Positions 38,233 through 48,442 are shown, numbered from the stretch's first letter. The stretch: DNA of 64,000 nucleotides from Candidatus Bilamarchaeaceae archaeon (GCA_038851325.1 JAWCKZ010000001.1:119864-183863), one strand, 5' to 3'. Translations and numbers: made by a program. The notes: a model not told the origin generated them from the sequence alone.

Positions 38233-38307
38233 AATGAATACTTTCGCTAGATTTGGATTGATACGAAATTGATACAAAAATCAGAAAAAAGAAAAGAAAT
38301 GAAAATG

Positions 38308-38685
38308 TTACGAAAAACTACACGGATCACTAATAGATGGCGGGGTCTTGCCCATCAATAATGCGATAACATAGGGCGCAATAAGATATATAACAATACC
38401 TATGACTGCCCCCGTGAGCATTGATGTCGCCCAGACTGCTGCCCTTGCTCTTGTTTCCGCACCCATCATTTGCCCAATTGCATAAGTTACACCAGCAAGA
38501 ACAACAAGCAACACTGCTGCTATCCCAAGGAATGATTGTACAAGTCTGCATAGACCTTGCATCGCGGAAATTATCGCTCCGCCAGCATCAGCATTGACAA
38601 CTCCAATTAGATTAATTAACAATACAGCTATAATAAGGTATCTCCCAAACTTATTTATCGAATTCATTATTTCAACTGCGCTCAT
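38308..38685 (-). CDS. VirB2/TrbC-like pilin
   Basis: Signal peptide followed by two hydrophobic helices separated by GQ..GAETRARA..WA; GGTGA RBS. Confidence 0.65.
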   Translation of the reverse strand: MSAVEIMNSINKFGRYLIIAVLLINLIGVVNADAGGAIISAMQGLCRLVQSFLGIAAVLLVVLAGVTYAIGQMMGAETRARAAVWATSMLTGAVIGIVIYLIAPYVIALLMGKTPPSISDPCSFS

Positions 38686-38700
38686 TTTGTCACCTTTCTC

Positions 38701-38785
38701 AAAAGTGAGCAGTGAACGAGGTTGAGGACGAAGTTCTCAACTGTCCAGAAACTCCGTTTCTGTACAAGTTCACTCAATCACTTTT
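38701..38785. ncRNA. three-way-junction structured element, probably in the pilin 5' leader
   Basis: Nested stems AAAAGTGA/TCACTTTT, AGTGAAC/GTTCACT, GTTGAGGAC/GTTCTCAAC, CAGAAAC/GTTTCTG. Confidence 0.5.
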
Positions 38786-38845
38786 TGTTGTTGGTATCTA
38801 TGTGTTTGTTAATATTTATAAAGTTTAGCCAACGTCTCATCCTCC

Positions 38846-40282
38846 ATGAAAAAGGCTCATCTCATCCTTATTTTGCTGATTTTATACCTCTTGCCACGGC
38901 TATTTTTGGCAACAGAAATACCAATCAGAAAGGATGAAGGAGTCTATGCAATAATGATTGAAGAGCAGATCGAACACCTTACACTGGTACCAACCTTTTT
39001 TGGTTATGAAGTAGGGTGGAAGCCGCCGCTTTATTTTTGGCTTTCGATACCATTCGTGATTCTGACAAAGATGATTCCTTTTTTGCCCTTGGAGCTGGTA
39101 TACCGCTCTTCAAGTCTATTTTTTGGCTTAGCTGCGATGGTTCCTCTCTATTACATATTCAGGAAATTTGAGGATGAGGAATTCGCGCTTCTAGCAGTCG
39201 GCCTCTACGCTCTGCTGCCCATTTCTGCATATCCAGAATCCCTGGTTTTACTGGATGCAACATGCCTCCTATTTGTTCTTTTAGCTATCTGGGCATATCT
39301 CGAATATAAAAAAGGAAATGAATATTTCTTGTTGGCTGGCATCTTTGTTTTTATGGCTTTTTTTACCAAACTGGTCTTGGCATTTGTGCCGCCCATTGTA
39401 TTCTTTGCATATTTGTGGCAAAACGACAGGAAAACGCTGCTAAACAAATGGTTCCTCCTCTCTCTTTTGGCTCCATTAACGGCATTTATTTTAAACCACT
39501 TAACTTATTCTAATGAAGGCCAAGCAGAAGCATTATATCTTGATTTGGTCTCGGGGAAACTGTTGGGTGGGCTGGATTATGGTTTGTTTCTTTCGACGTT
39601 GCTTCCACTCTTCTTTCTTACTGGCCCCTTTCTTATATTAGCATGCCAAGGGCTCTTAAAGCATTTAAAGGGAAATCTATTTTTCACAATTTGGTTTGCC
39701 CTCGTGATATTCCCGCTTCTTGGCGGCAGATGGATGCCATGGTATTTCCTTCCCATCACTCCACCAATAATATATTTTTCACTTTTGGTTGTTTTGGAAG
39801 ACAGAAAAAAAGTGTTTGCAGACAGATTTGCTATCACCATGTTAACATTATTTGTTATTGCGTCGTGGTTGTTCTTTGTCCCTATTTTCCTTTCAGACAT
39901 GTATTATCTGCCAGCAAAGCATGCAGGCAAATTTCTTGCAGGTAAAGAGAATGTCCTGATAATTGGCAACTATTCGTCTGGTGTTTTTGCATACAAAATG
40001 CTTGAGGAAAAACGCCAACTTGGCTATTCGCTAGATTATGGGCTAGTTGTTTTCTATCCAGAACACTTTGATCTGCTACCAGATTTAATTGAGAATTATA
40101 ATTACCACGACCCGAGAATAATCGATGGAAATTTTGAAAAAATGTTTTTCGATGTTATGGTATATAGAAAAAATACAAATATAAGCAAATTTGATTATAT
40201 AGCAATTATAGGGGAAAGCACTTGTATGCCCGGCGGACGCACGTTCAATGATTCTTATATTAACATCTACAGGAAGAATTGA
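38846..40282 (+). CDS. ArnT/PMT-like GT-C glycosyltransferase (family 39/83-like)
   Basis: DE..Y, KPPLYFW and F.TK motifs; multi-TM. Confidence 0.82.
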   Translation: MKKAHLILILLILYLLPRLFLATEIPIRKDEGVYAIMIEEQIEHLTLVPTFFGYEVGWKPPLYFWLSIPFVILTKMIPFLPLELVYRSSSLFFGLAAMVPLYYIFRKFEDEEFALLAVGLYALLPISAYPESLVLLDATCLLFVLLAIWAYLEYKKGNEYFLLAGIFVFMAFFTKLVLAFVPPIVFFAYLWQNDRKTLLNKWFLLSLLAPLTAFILNHLTYSNEGQAEALYLDLVSGKLLGGLDYGLFLSTLLPLFFLTGPFLILACQGLLKHLKGNLFFTIWFALVIFPLLGGRWMPWYFLPITPPIIYFSLLVVLEDRKKVFADRFAITMLTLFVIASWLFFVPIFLSDMYYLPAKHAGKFLAGKENVLIIGNYSSGVFAYKMLEEKRQLGYSLDYGLVVFYPEHFDLLPDLIENYNYHDPRIIDGNFEKMFFDVMVYRKNTNISKFDYIAIIGESTCMPGGRTFNDSYINIYRKN

Positions 40283-40283
40283 G

Positions 40284-41870
40284 CTAATTGGATTTTAATT
40301 TGTAAACGTATACTACTGGCGGCTCTTCTGGTTCTGTGGCCATGAGTAACTCCAGACCGCAGCCACTTAATTTATTAACATCGGTCAGCTGGCTTTTATA
40401 TGTCGTTGCATAGATTAAAGCGGTTGTATTAGACGCCCTTAGCTCATCAGCATTAATCTTGCATTCATTCTTATCATCTGTTTCCAAAGCATGGAACAAT
40501 AAAACTACTGCATCAGTTTCCTTTCCCTTTGAAAGTTGAACTGGCAGGATGTTATCGATAAATGTTACATTCACGCCTTTAACAAATGCATAATCAGTAT
40601 ATGTCCACAATGGAAATTCGTAGTATGTAATGTTGCTAGGTAACTTATAAAATACTGCGCTGCCAACCTTTGTAATGTGGTTGCTATTCAGAATAGTGGT
40701 TATATCCTCAAATTCTGCATGACCAACATCAGCAATGTGTAGAAGCACATATCCATAAGCAAGACTACCGACTTCCATAAGCATTAATAAAACGAGTAAA
40801 TTTTTCAGTTGATCAGGTTTCATCTTCCCTGCGATTGGTACTAACAATGTTGTCAACGCAACAGAGATATACGCCGCAGAGCACACTTCGCCTTGGAGGA
40901 GAACAAAGTAATCTGCGACGTAGTACAAATCCATAGATGCCGCTAAAAGGGAGAATACGAATAAAACGCCGGGGATAAGGTAGATGGCGGTTGCTATTTT
41001 TTCATTGAGTTGTAATTTGACGGTTTTCCATAAGTATATTACCACTAAGACCCCTACAAGATATATAGGTATCTGCGCTGCAAAAAATGTCTGCGCTGAA
41101 AATGAACAGCCTAGGTAGTGAGGAGAAACAAAAAGACTTTCTCCCAAACGGTAGTAGAAAGGGAATGCAAGTAGACCACCGATAATGATCGGTACCATAA
41201 AAACCGCATTTTCCCTAGAATTTTCCAACAAATAGACGAAGTAAATAAGTATAAACAGGAAGCTCACATGACTGTGCGACAGGAATAAAAGAAAGGAAAA
41301 CACAACAACTTTTAAAATGTCTATCGGGTTTCTTTTGGGTATAAAAGTAAACATGCAAAGGGCAATAAACATTGCAAGAAATTGCCTAGAACGCGATACA
41401 AACGGGAAAAAATACGCCATCGGCGCATTTATGAGAAGAAAAGAGATCATAATAAACTTCGCTTTCGGATCCATATTTTTGAAATAATGAGCTGACAGAA
41501 CGTATATAACTGCAATCCCAATTGCTACATTTAACAGCAGGGTGCTTACTATGGGATTCTCAATAAAAGCGTCTATAAGCGAACCGAGAAAAGCAAAAAG
41601 AGGTGGAAAAGCTCCAAAAAGATAAGCTTTGCCACTAGAGAGAGTGGGTATCCGTTCGAAAAAACCATATGTTCCCAACGCCTTTATGCTTGCGGCAGTA
41701 TTCATAAGATCTGAAAAATTGGCAAAAACGCTTTCTATTCCATTCGGAGTAACTAAGACGTAAAGCACAAACAGGACATACGCAACAAATGAAAGCAAAA
41801 ATAAATAGGAAATGCCTTGGCTAGCATGGTAAAGCAATCGATCTTTTATTTCTTTGCTGAATTTGAACAT
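40284..41870 (-). CDS. polytopic membrane protein, possibly GT-C fold
   Basis: D..N..., FPPL motif, many TM helices, soluble C-terminal domain. Confidence 0.55.
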   Translation of the reverse strand: MFKFSKEIKDRLLYHASQGISYLFLLSFVAYVLFVLYVLVTPNGIESVFANFSDLMNTAASIKALGTYGFFERIPTLSSGKAYLFGAFPPLFAFLGSLIDAFIENPIVSTLLLNVAIGIAVIYVLSAHYFKNMDPKAKFIMISFLLINAPMAYFFPFVSRSRQFLAMFIALCMFTFIPKRNPIDILKVVVFSFLLFLSHSHVSFLFILIYFVYLLENSRENAVFMVPIIIGGLLAFPFYYRLGESLFVSPHYLGCSFSAQTFFAAQIPIYLVGVLVVIYLWKTVKLQLNEKIATAIYLIPGVLFVFSLLAASMDLYYVADYFVLLQGEVCSAAYISVALTTLLVPIAGKMKPDQLKNLLVLLMLMEVGSLAYGYVLLHIADVGHAEFEDITTILNSNHITKVGSAVFYKLPSNITYYEFPLWTYTDYAFVKGVNVTFIDNILPVQLSKGKETDAVVLLFHALETDDKNECKINADELRASNTTALIYATTYKSQLTDVNKLSGCGLELLMATEPEEPPVVYVYKLKSN

Positions 41871-42475
41871 TGAAACCCTCTGTTTTTTTTCCTGAACCGC
41901 ATCAGTTTGAAAAGACAAATGTATTCTCCAACGGGCGGGATAAATACTACCTTATCAGCTTTTGCCCCAATTATTCTTTCTATATCAGCTATTTTAAATG
42001 AATTAATATGATCTGGTATTTTTATAGGGAATTTTAGCATGAGCAGTCGCCCAAGACACATGATTTGCTCGTTGGGAACGGTTATTATTGCCACCCCCCC
42101 ATTTTTAGTAACCCGAAAAATTTCTGAGATTACGAGGTCTGGGTTTCTGATGTGTTCCAAAACCTCACTGCACACCACGACATCAAAGAACTGGTCTCTA
42201 AAAGGAAGTTTTCGTGCATCTGCTATTATAATCGTTGCTTTATCTCCCAATCTTTCCTTTGCAGTCTTTACGCGTTTTGGGGATACGTCGACCCCAAAAA
42301 GTTTACCTCTTAATTTATCTAATAGAAAACCGTCGCCGCAACCAACATCTAGTATCTTCTTCCCTGCGGTATCGCCCAGCAACTTAACTATCATATCCAA
42401 TCTTCGGTTATGAAAATACCGAATTATTGGGTTTTTAGACTTATACATCTCGTCTTGGCTGACTTCCTTCAACAT
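41846..42475 (-). CDS. class I SAM-dependent methyltransferase
   Basis: ILDVGCGDG, LPF....FD and EVLEH motifs. Confidence 0.9.
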   Translation of the reverse strand: MLKEVSQDEMYKSKNPIIRYFHNRRLDMIVKLLGDTAGKKILDVGCGDGFLLDKLRGKLFGVDVSPKRVKTAKERLGDKATIIIADARKLPFRDQFFDVVVCSEVLEHIRNPDLVISEIFRVTKNGGVAIITVPNEQIMCLGRLLMLKFPIKIPDHINSFKIADIERIIGAKADKVVFIPPVGEYICLFKLMRFRKKNRGFQCSNSAKK

Positions 42476-42539
42476 TGGATCATCCTAGCTTGTTAAAAAA
42501 CATTGTAAATTTAAAAAGAATCATCAGACATATGAACAT

Positions 42540-43436
42540 ATGGACCACCATGAATTTATACGCGGCTTGACAATATTCTACCTTTTCTTCTCACTTTCGT
42601 TTCCGATCTATGTTTTTTGGTCCTCAGGAGAGGTAGGACTCCCTTTTTACACCCCAGACGTTCTCTTATTTATGCTGTTTTCATTTGCATACCTGTTTAT
42701 GCCATCGTTTATCAGCAATGTTAAAGAACTTATTTGTTTTGTCGCGCTGATATTAAGCTATGAAGTGATGAGGGGGTACGCAAATAGGCTTTCTCCATCA
42801 GCAGTAAATTTTGAACTCCCTATAGGAATTGACAAATTTATCCTTGGAAAAACCGCACCGGAGATATTACAACAAATAATTTCGTATAATCCATTAACTA
42901 CTATTTTCTTCTTATTTTTTTATTCGCTTCATTTTATTTATCCAGTGGCAGCAGTTATTTACTTAATGTCATAAGCAAGTTATGAAAGAATACACAAAAA
43001 ATTTATAGCAGGCATTGTGCTTCTTAGCTATCTGGGATTAATTTTTTTCTACCTTTTTCCTGTCGCTCCACCTTGGCTGGCAGCAGAGAAGGGCCTTATT
43101 TCTGTTAATCGCTATACAGCCGTCTATCCACTTTATTTTACAGTTTATTTGTTCATAAATGCGAATCCGGTTGCTGCAATGCCGTCGCTTCATTTTGCTT
43201 ATCCGTTTCTGATATTCCTTTTTTCATGTGTCTGCAAGCCGTTGCGTAGATTTCTGCCGTTGACAATCTTTATAATGCTTGGAATAGGCACGGCTATAAT
43301 GTGGCTTGGCGAGCATTACCTTACTGATATTATTGTTGGTGTAATATTCGCATCTTTCTCATTTCTAATTGTCGACAGTATTTTTACGCAGCCTGAAAGC
43401 AAACATATCATAGAGCATGGAAAAGCTAGTAGTTAA
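42540..43436 (+). pseudogene. PAP2/Aur1-Ipt1-like phosphotransferase interrupted by one in-frame TAA (42972-42974)
   Basis: Both ORFs share a frame; Y..H, P.APPW, AMPSLH and HY..D motifs. Confidence 0.75.
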
Positions 43437-44081
43437 TGGATTGATACTACTCTGAGTTCCTTCCCACCACGTGATCGGGACCTCAACAATTTTCATGTTT
43501 TTTCGTTTGGCAACTATAAGCAACTCAGTATCCCAGAAAAACTGTTTTGCTTTGACCAGAGGGAGTAGCGGCAGCACTGTTGACCCCTTAAATGCCTTGG
43601 AGCCTACTTGATGGTCGTGCACGTTAGAATCTAAAAAAAGCCTAACGAGGAGGTTATAGACAGAACTGAAGAATCTGCGTATAAATGAGCGGTGAATAGT
43701 AGAACCCATGACAAATCGCGATCCGATTGCGATATCGGCGCCGTTTTTTATTGCGTCAAGCAGCCGGTCTATGACATCTAAACCAAAGGAGAGGTCCGCA
43801 TCCAGAAAGATGATGGTTTTTCCCTTGGATTGCAACATTGCATTACTTATGCTCTTCCCTTTCCCCTGGCGGATTTTATTCGTTATTACCCGTGCGTAGG
43901 AAGGAAGAGAAAGGGAGGCGAGTATCCTGCCGGTGCCATCGGTGCTTGCGTCATTTACTATAAGCAGCTCGCAATCAAGCTTGTTTTTCTTTATGTAATC
44001 AGCCAGCCTGGCGATGGAAGCCTTGATGACCTGCTCCTCATTGTAAGCTGGAATGATTATCGTTATCTCAGGTTTGGGCAT
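43365..44081 (-). CDS. GT2 dolichyl-phosphate sugar synthase-like glycosyltransferase
   Basis: IPAYNEE, ND.STD, GKG, DADL, GSR, D.Q.G.K and D.EL motifs. Confidence 0.88.
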   Translation of the reverse strand: MPKPEITIIIPAYNEEQVIKASIARLADYIKKNKLDCELLIVNDASTDGTGRILASLSLPSYARVITNKIRQGKGKSISNAMLQSKGKTIIFLDADLSFGLDVIDRLLDAIKNGADIAIGSRFVMGSTIHRSFIRRFFSSVYNLLVRLFLDSNVHDHQVGSKAFKGSTVLPLLPLVKAKQFFWDTELLIVAKRKNMKIVEVPITWWEGTQSSINPLTTSFSMLYDMFAFRLRKNTVDN

Positions 44082-44085
44082 TCGC

Positions 44086-44613
44086 TTATTTCCCTCGCCA
44101 GACGATTTCCTCGAAGCGCTTTTTCCTGTTGGCGTAGCGGGCAAGCACGAAAAGTAAATCGCTCAGCCTGTTCAGGTATTTCAGGATTTCAGGATTTATC
44201 TTCGCAGTCCTTGCGGCTGCTACGACACGGCGTTCAACGCGCCTGCTGATCGTTCGCGCAAGATGGAGGAGAGCAGCAGTCTTGCTTCCGCCTGGAATGA
44301 CGAAGTTGGCAAGATACGGCAGTTGCGGCTCAATCTTGTCTATTATTTTTTCCAGTTTTTCTGTTTTTGCTGGCGTCAGCTTCTTTGTGCTGCCAATGGC
44401 AAGCTCTGCCCCGACAATGAAAAGATCCTTCTGCACATCTATGAGGATTTCCCTGAGCTCGTTGTCGTCTGTAAAAGCGATAACGACGCCGATGGCAGCG
44501 TTCAGCTCGTCCACGCAGCCGTATGCTTCAACCTGCGGGTCGTCCTTGCGCACCTTTTTCCCACTAAGGGTAATCGTATCCCCCTTGTCGCCTATTTTCG
44601 TGTAAATCGGCAT
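44086..44613 (-). CDS. PduO-type cob(I)alamin adenosyltransferase
   Basis: IYTK.GD.G.T, YG.VDELN, R...RR.ER and YLNRLSDLLF motifs. Confidence 0.93.
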   Translation of the reverse strand: MPIYTKIGDKGDTITLSGKKVRKDDPQVEAYGCVDELNAAIGVVIAFTDDNELREILIDVQKDLFIVGAELAIGSTKKLTPAKTEKLEKIIDKIEPQLPYLANFVIPGGSKTAALLHLARTISRRVERRVVAAARTAKINPEILKYLNRLSDLLFVLARYANRKKRFEEIVWRGK

Positions 44614-44617
44614 AGCA

Positions 44618-45286
44618 TCAACCCACTTTTTTCTTGACAAAATTAATAGTCTGCTTGGCAGGTCTGATTGCCTTTTCTGCATCTTCGGCATCAAATGCTT
44701 CTGCAGGAATGCCACCAGGAAGTCCTGCCGGATAACGCGTGGGGATATAGTACTTGTCAAAAGAGGATATCTTCGACCTTAACTCTCCGAATTCCTTGTT
44801 CAGTTTTTCATCATCGTAGGCAAGCTCTGCTATCAAATGGCCCCACACTTCTTCGGCGCCATGTGCATAAAGGAATGATTTAAGGGCTTTTTCGGCTGCA
44901 TCCTGTCCGGCTTGTTTCGGCCAGCGCTCGGCCTCTTTTTTTTGCTCAGGCTTCATACAGCACTGTCCCCCTCTCCAGCATTCTCCGTGTAAATAGCTGC
45001 TTGATTTCAGGTCTGCGATTTCTGCGGGTGTGTAAACAAAAAAATCCACGACAACTCTTGGCTTAACGCGCGCATAAAGCTCTTCGAGCCTTTCGGAGAA
45101 TCTCTTTCCCGTATTTTTTATTATTGCGATGTCCATGTCGCTGCTCTTGCGCACTTGCTTCTCATTCAAAGAACCGAAAAGGATTATTTTCAGGGCGCCC
45201 AGCTTTTTTATTTCTGCAAGTATTCGCCTAAGCTCAGCCTTGAGTAGTTTTTCCCTCTTTTTGCCGAGGCCTGTTTTGAATTCCAT
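44618..45286 (-). pseudogene. degenerate MNT-HEPN pair fused by a frameshift
   Basis: FGS...SDMD MNT motif; native MNT tail FTRRMLERGTVLYEA* lies in another frame (44993-44946); HEPN part (AEKALK, GH, Y...RYP) appears to lack an internal segment. Confidence 0.7.
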
Positions 45287-45321
45287 AAAACCCTTTTGAT
45301 TGCGACTGCTTTAACTCTTCG

Positions 45322-45558
45322 TTAGATCAGCTTCTTTCCTTTCTCCTCAAGATGTATGCAGTTAACAGGGCAGGACTGCGCCGCACTCATGCTGCAACCG
45401 GCATCCTTTGCTTCAAGAACGAACAGCTTTCCGTTTTTCTTCGCATTTTTCAGGACGGATTTCCCGTCGCTGCCCATCTCCCAGTTTGCAGGACAGACCG
45501 CAACGCACGCGCCGCAACCAATACACGCATCTCTATCATGTATTATCTTAACAGTCAT
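45322..45558 (-). CDS. ferredoxin (single 4Fe-4S cluster)
   Basis: CIGCGACVAVCP and CPVNCI motifs. Confidence 0.92.
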   Translation of the reverse strand: MTVKIIHDRDACIGCGACVAVCPANWEMGSDGKSVLKNAKKNGKLFVLEAKDAGCSMSAAQSCPVNCIHLEEKGKKLI

Positions 45559-45611
45559 TCTCTCACCTACCTACTATCGATAGAAAAATTATTAAACACC
45601 TGCTGAGAGCG

Positions 45612-46037
45612 TTGACTGGTGATGTTGTGGTTGGTTTGGTAACCGAGGAAGCTGAAAAAGAACTATTGAATAAACTTCTTCATTACTATAAAAAACTTTA
45701 TCCTGGCTTGACCTTTGACATAAAGGAAGAGACGCTTAGCCACAGAGAGATAGGTGAAATTTACTACACCTATCCAGGTGAAGAGGCAGAGGCCACTGCG
45801 AGGGAAAAGATGGTCATGATATCCGAAGCTATAACACACGGATATAACACACCTATAATTTTACTCAAGAAAAACAACAAGAAGATTCTCCTTGACGGTC
45901 ATAGAAGGATAAGGGTTGCCTATGCCCAAGGACTAGGCTGGAGGGCTTATGTCTTAGCTGTAAAAAAAGAAGAAATAGAGTTCGGAATAGAAAGCATGAT
46001 AATGGGGAAAGTTGCTGACCTTTTCAGTCGAGAATAA
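45612..46037 (+). CDS. ParB/Srx-like domain protein
   Basis: G...PII and LLDGHRR motifs; start uncertain. Confidence 0.65.
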   Translation: MTGDVVVGLVTEEAEKELLNKLLHYYKKLYPGLTFDIKEETLSHREIGEIYYTYPGEEAEATAREKMVMISEAITHGYNTPIILLKKNNKKILLDGHRRIRVAYAQGLGWRAYVLAVKKEEIEFGIESMIMGKVADLFSRE

Positions 46038-46262
46038 TTAGTTACCGCTCTCTGTTATTTTCTCTCCAACAGCATATGTTCTTTTAACATCGGTTATTTT
46101 TATCTTACATCTTTCGCCTTTCTGAGCCCCTTTGATGAAGATAACAAAACTGTCTTTTTTTGCTATTCCATCGCCGCGGCCACCAACGCTCTCTATCACA
46201 ACTTCAAGAATATCGCCAACAGCAACTGGCTTTGGCATCTCAAATTTCTTTTTCTCCTCCAC
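46038..46262 (-). CDS. single TRAM-domain RNA-binding protein
   Basis: PV..GD...V.IE.VG..GDGIAK...FVIF. Confidence 0.92.
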   Translation of the reverse strand: MEEKKKFEMPKPVAVGDILEVVIESVGGRGDGIAKKDSFVIFIKGAQKGERCKIKITDVKRTYAVGEKITESGN

Positions 46263-46329
46263 ACCATCACCTTGTGAACATATTTTCTTTCCATCACTGA
46301 TTTAAAAAACTTCCCGCACCATTTTATTC

Positions 46330-47787
46330 ATGCAAGTCTATGATTCCGTTGAGAAAAAATTCGTTGAGTTTACCCCTCTCGAAGACAATCTTGTGATAAT
46401 GTATGTTTGCGGGCTCACGCCGTATGATCAGGCGCATATAGGCCACGCAAGAACTTACGTAGCATTCGATGTGATTAAGAGATATCTTGAAGCAAAGAAC
46501 TATCGAGTTTTTCACATTCAGAACATTACTGATGTTGATGATAAGATAATAGATAGATGCAAGCATACGCACGCAGAACCAAAACAGTTAACGGAGAAAA
46601 ATCATGCCGAGGCACTTAGTCTTTTTGATAAGCTTGGCATAAAAAGAGCGGATGTCTACCCAAGGGTGACAGAGCACATCAAGGATGTAATAGAGTTGAT
46701 AAAAGCGCTAATAGAGAAAGGTTATGCCTACGAAACTGCAACTGGAGTTTATTTCGATGTCTCACAGTTCGCAGACTACGGAAAATTATCAGGACAGAGA
46801 ATGAGTGAAATGCGCGCCGGCGCAAGGATTCCACCTGACGAAACAAAGAAGGATGCACTTGACTTTGCTATTTGGAAAAAAACGAATGGCGAACTCATAG
46901 AGTTTGACTCTCCGTGGGGGCGAGGGCGACCTGGATGGCATATAGAATGCTCTGCTCTTGCACTGAAGTATATAAAAAGTGCAAGTAGCGATACCAAACG
47001 TGCAACTTTGGATATCCATGGCGGCGCGCGCGACCTAATCTTCCCTCATCACGAGAATGAGATAGCGCAGAGCGAGAGTGTAACGCGCAAACCATTTTCA
47101 AAATATTGGTTGCACACAGGGTTTCTAACTGTTCGTGGAGAAAAGATGTCCAAATCACTTGGTAATTTTATAACAATAAAGGATGCGCTGGAGCGGCTTC
47201 ACCCCATGGCGCTCAGAATATTCTACCTCAAAAGCCATTACCGAAGCCCTGTTGATTACGAAGAGGAAGCGGTCGCTGAGGGAGCAGAGGTTTATAATAA
47301 GATAAAAAACACCTTGCTGCTTATAGAGGAAGCGCTGGAAAAAAAGGGGGATGGTGGTTCTGAGCTCAGGGTGGATACAACCGTCAATGAGTTCTACGCA
47401 GCGATGGACAATGACTTTGATACCCCTGCCGCGCTTGCCGCACTCTTTAAACTCATGAAAGAGGTGAACATAGAGATAAACAAAGACAGAATAGATAAGA
47501 ACGGAATAAGAATCGCCAAAAAAGAAATGGAAAAAATGCTCAACATTTTAGGGATAATAATAGAAAAGAGTGCGATCTCTGAAAAAAAGGAGCTGGTGTC
47601 ACTTGCGGAGCGATTTGGAATAAAGGCACATACACCAGAGGAAGCGATAGAAAAATTGATAGATGCGAGAGAGCGCGCGAGAAAAGGAAAGAATTACGCT
47701 CTGTCGGATGAGATAAGGGCCGAACTTAGAAGGATCGGCATTATCCTTGAGGATAAAGTAGAAGGGATTAGATGGAGGGTCGAGTGA
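46330..47787 (+). CDS. cysS: cysteine--tRNA ligase
   Basis: YVCG.T.YD..HIGH, GRPGWHIEC, FPHHENE and KMSKS motifs. Confidence 0.97.
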   Translation: MQVYDSVEKKFVEFTPLEDNLVIMYVCGLTPYDQAHIGHARTYVAFDVIKRYLEAKNYRVFHIQNITDVDDKIIDRCKHTHAEPKQLTEKNHAEALSLFDKLGIKRADVYPRVTEHIKDVIELIKALIEKGYAYETATGVYFDVSQFADYGKLSGQRMSEMRAGARIPPDETKKDALDFAIWKKTNGELIEFDSPWGRGRPGWHIECSALALKYIKSASSDTKRATLDIHGGARDLIFPHHENEIAQSESVTRKPFSKYWLHTGFLTVRGEKMSKSLGNFITIKDALERLHPMALRIFYLKSHYRSPVDYEEEAVAEGAEVYNKIKNTLLLIEEALEKKGDGGSELRVDTTVNEFYAAMDNDFDTPAALAALFKLMKEVNIEINKDRIDKNGIRIAKKEMEKMLNILGIIIEKSAISEKKELVSLAERFGIKAHTPEEAIEKLIDARERARKGKNYALSDEIRAELRRIGIILEDKVEGIRWRVE

Positions 47788-48179
47788 TGTATAGACTCTT
47801 GGAGCATCCTTCTGATATAATTGTTGAAGGAAGGGGAAGGACGTTTGAGAGTGCTCTTGAAAGCGTTGCTAATGGAATGTTCACGCAGATGGGCGCAGCG
47901 CGCGCGAGAGAAAAGGAAGCCATCGAGATAGAATCGGCCATGTCAACGCTTGAGGATGTTGTAGTAGATGCGCTCACGAAGATAATTGCGGAATGTGAAA
48001 GCATTCCGTTCACGCCAAAAAGGGCAGAAGTCATCAGGGCGGAGAATAGAGCTGTAAGGATAAAGGTTTTTGGTGAAAGAAAACAACCTGCGAACGTCAT
48101 AAAAGCAGTTACCTATCATGACCTACAAGTTGAGAGAAAAAAGGGCGGATGGGTAATACGGGTGCTTTTTGATATCTAA
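47787..48179 (+). CDS. archease (RtcB cofactor)
   Basis: Y..LEH.SD, IKAVTYH and terminal FDI. Confidence 0.9.
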   Translation: MYRLLEHPSDIIVEGRGRTFESALESVANGMFTQMGAARAREKEAIEIESAMSTLEDVVVDALTKIIAECESIPFTPKRAEVIRAENRAVRIKVFGERKQPANVIKAVTYHDLQVERKKGGWVIRVLFDI

Positions 48180-48442
48180 AGCATTCCAAAAAGCGCAAGT
48201 AGCGCAAGAACAGCTACGCCGAGCAAACCGAATAAAGCAACAATCAAAAACGTTACAAAGTTCACGGGAATTGTGAGTCCGAGTATATCGAGTACAAAGA
48301 TCGCCAGAAAACCAAGAGCCGCGTTTATCGCAACCCCGATTACAAAGCGCAGCGACTTCTTCAATATGGAGAATGCGATAGCCAAGAAAAGCACAAGGAA
48401 CAAAATTATAAGAAGTACGAACAGTGCATTCATCGTATCCAT
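48176..48442 (-). CDS. BofA-like small membrane protein
   Basis: N..LG, IPVN..T.L...LFG..G pattern. Confidence 0.65.
   Translation of the reverse strand: MDTMNALFVLLIILFLVLFLAIAFSILKKSLRFVIGVAINAALGFLAIFVLDILGLTIPVNFVTFLIVALFGLLGVAVLALLALFGML

Noticed and set aside
38257..38278. ATTGATAC(G/A)AA tandem 11-mer
   Set aside because: Only two short AT-rich copies between convergent genes; insufficient evidence of function
42972..42974. Stop-codon reassignment
   Set aside because: TAA terminates many clearly complete genes in this window, so a single nonsense change or error is more likely
44171..44197. Short TTCAGGA(T) repeats
   Set aside because: They encode the in-frame INPEILKYLN of PduO; no frameshift
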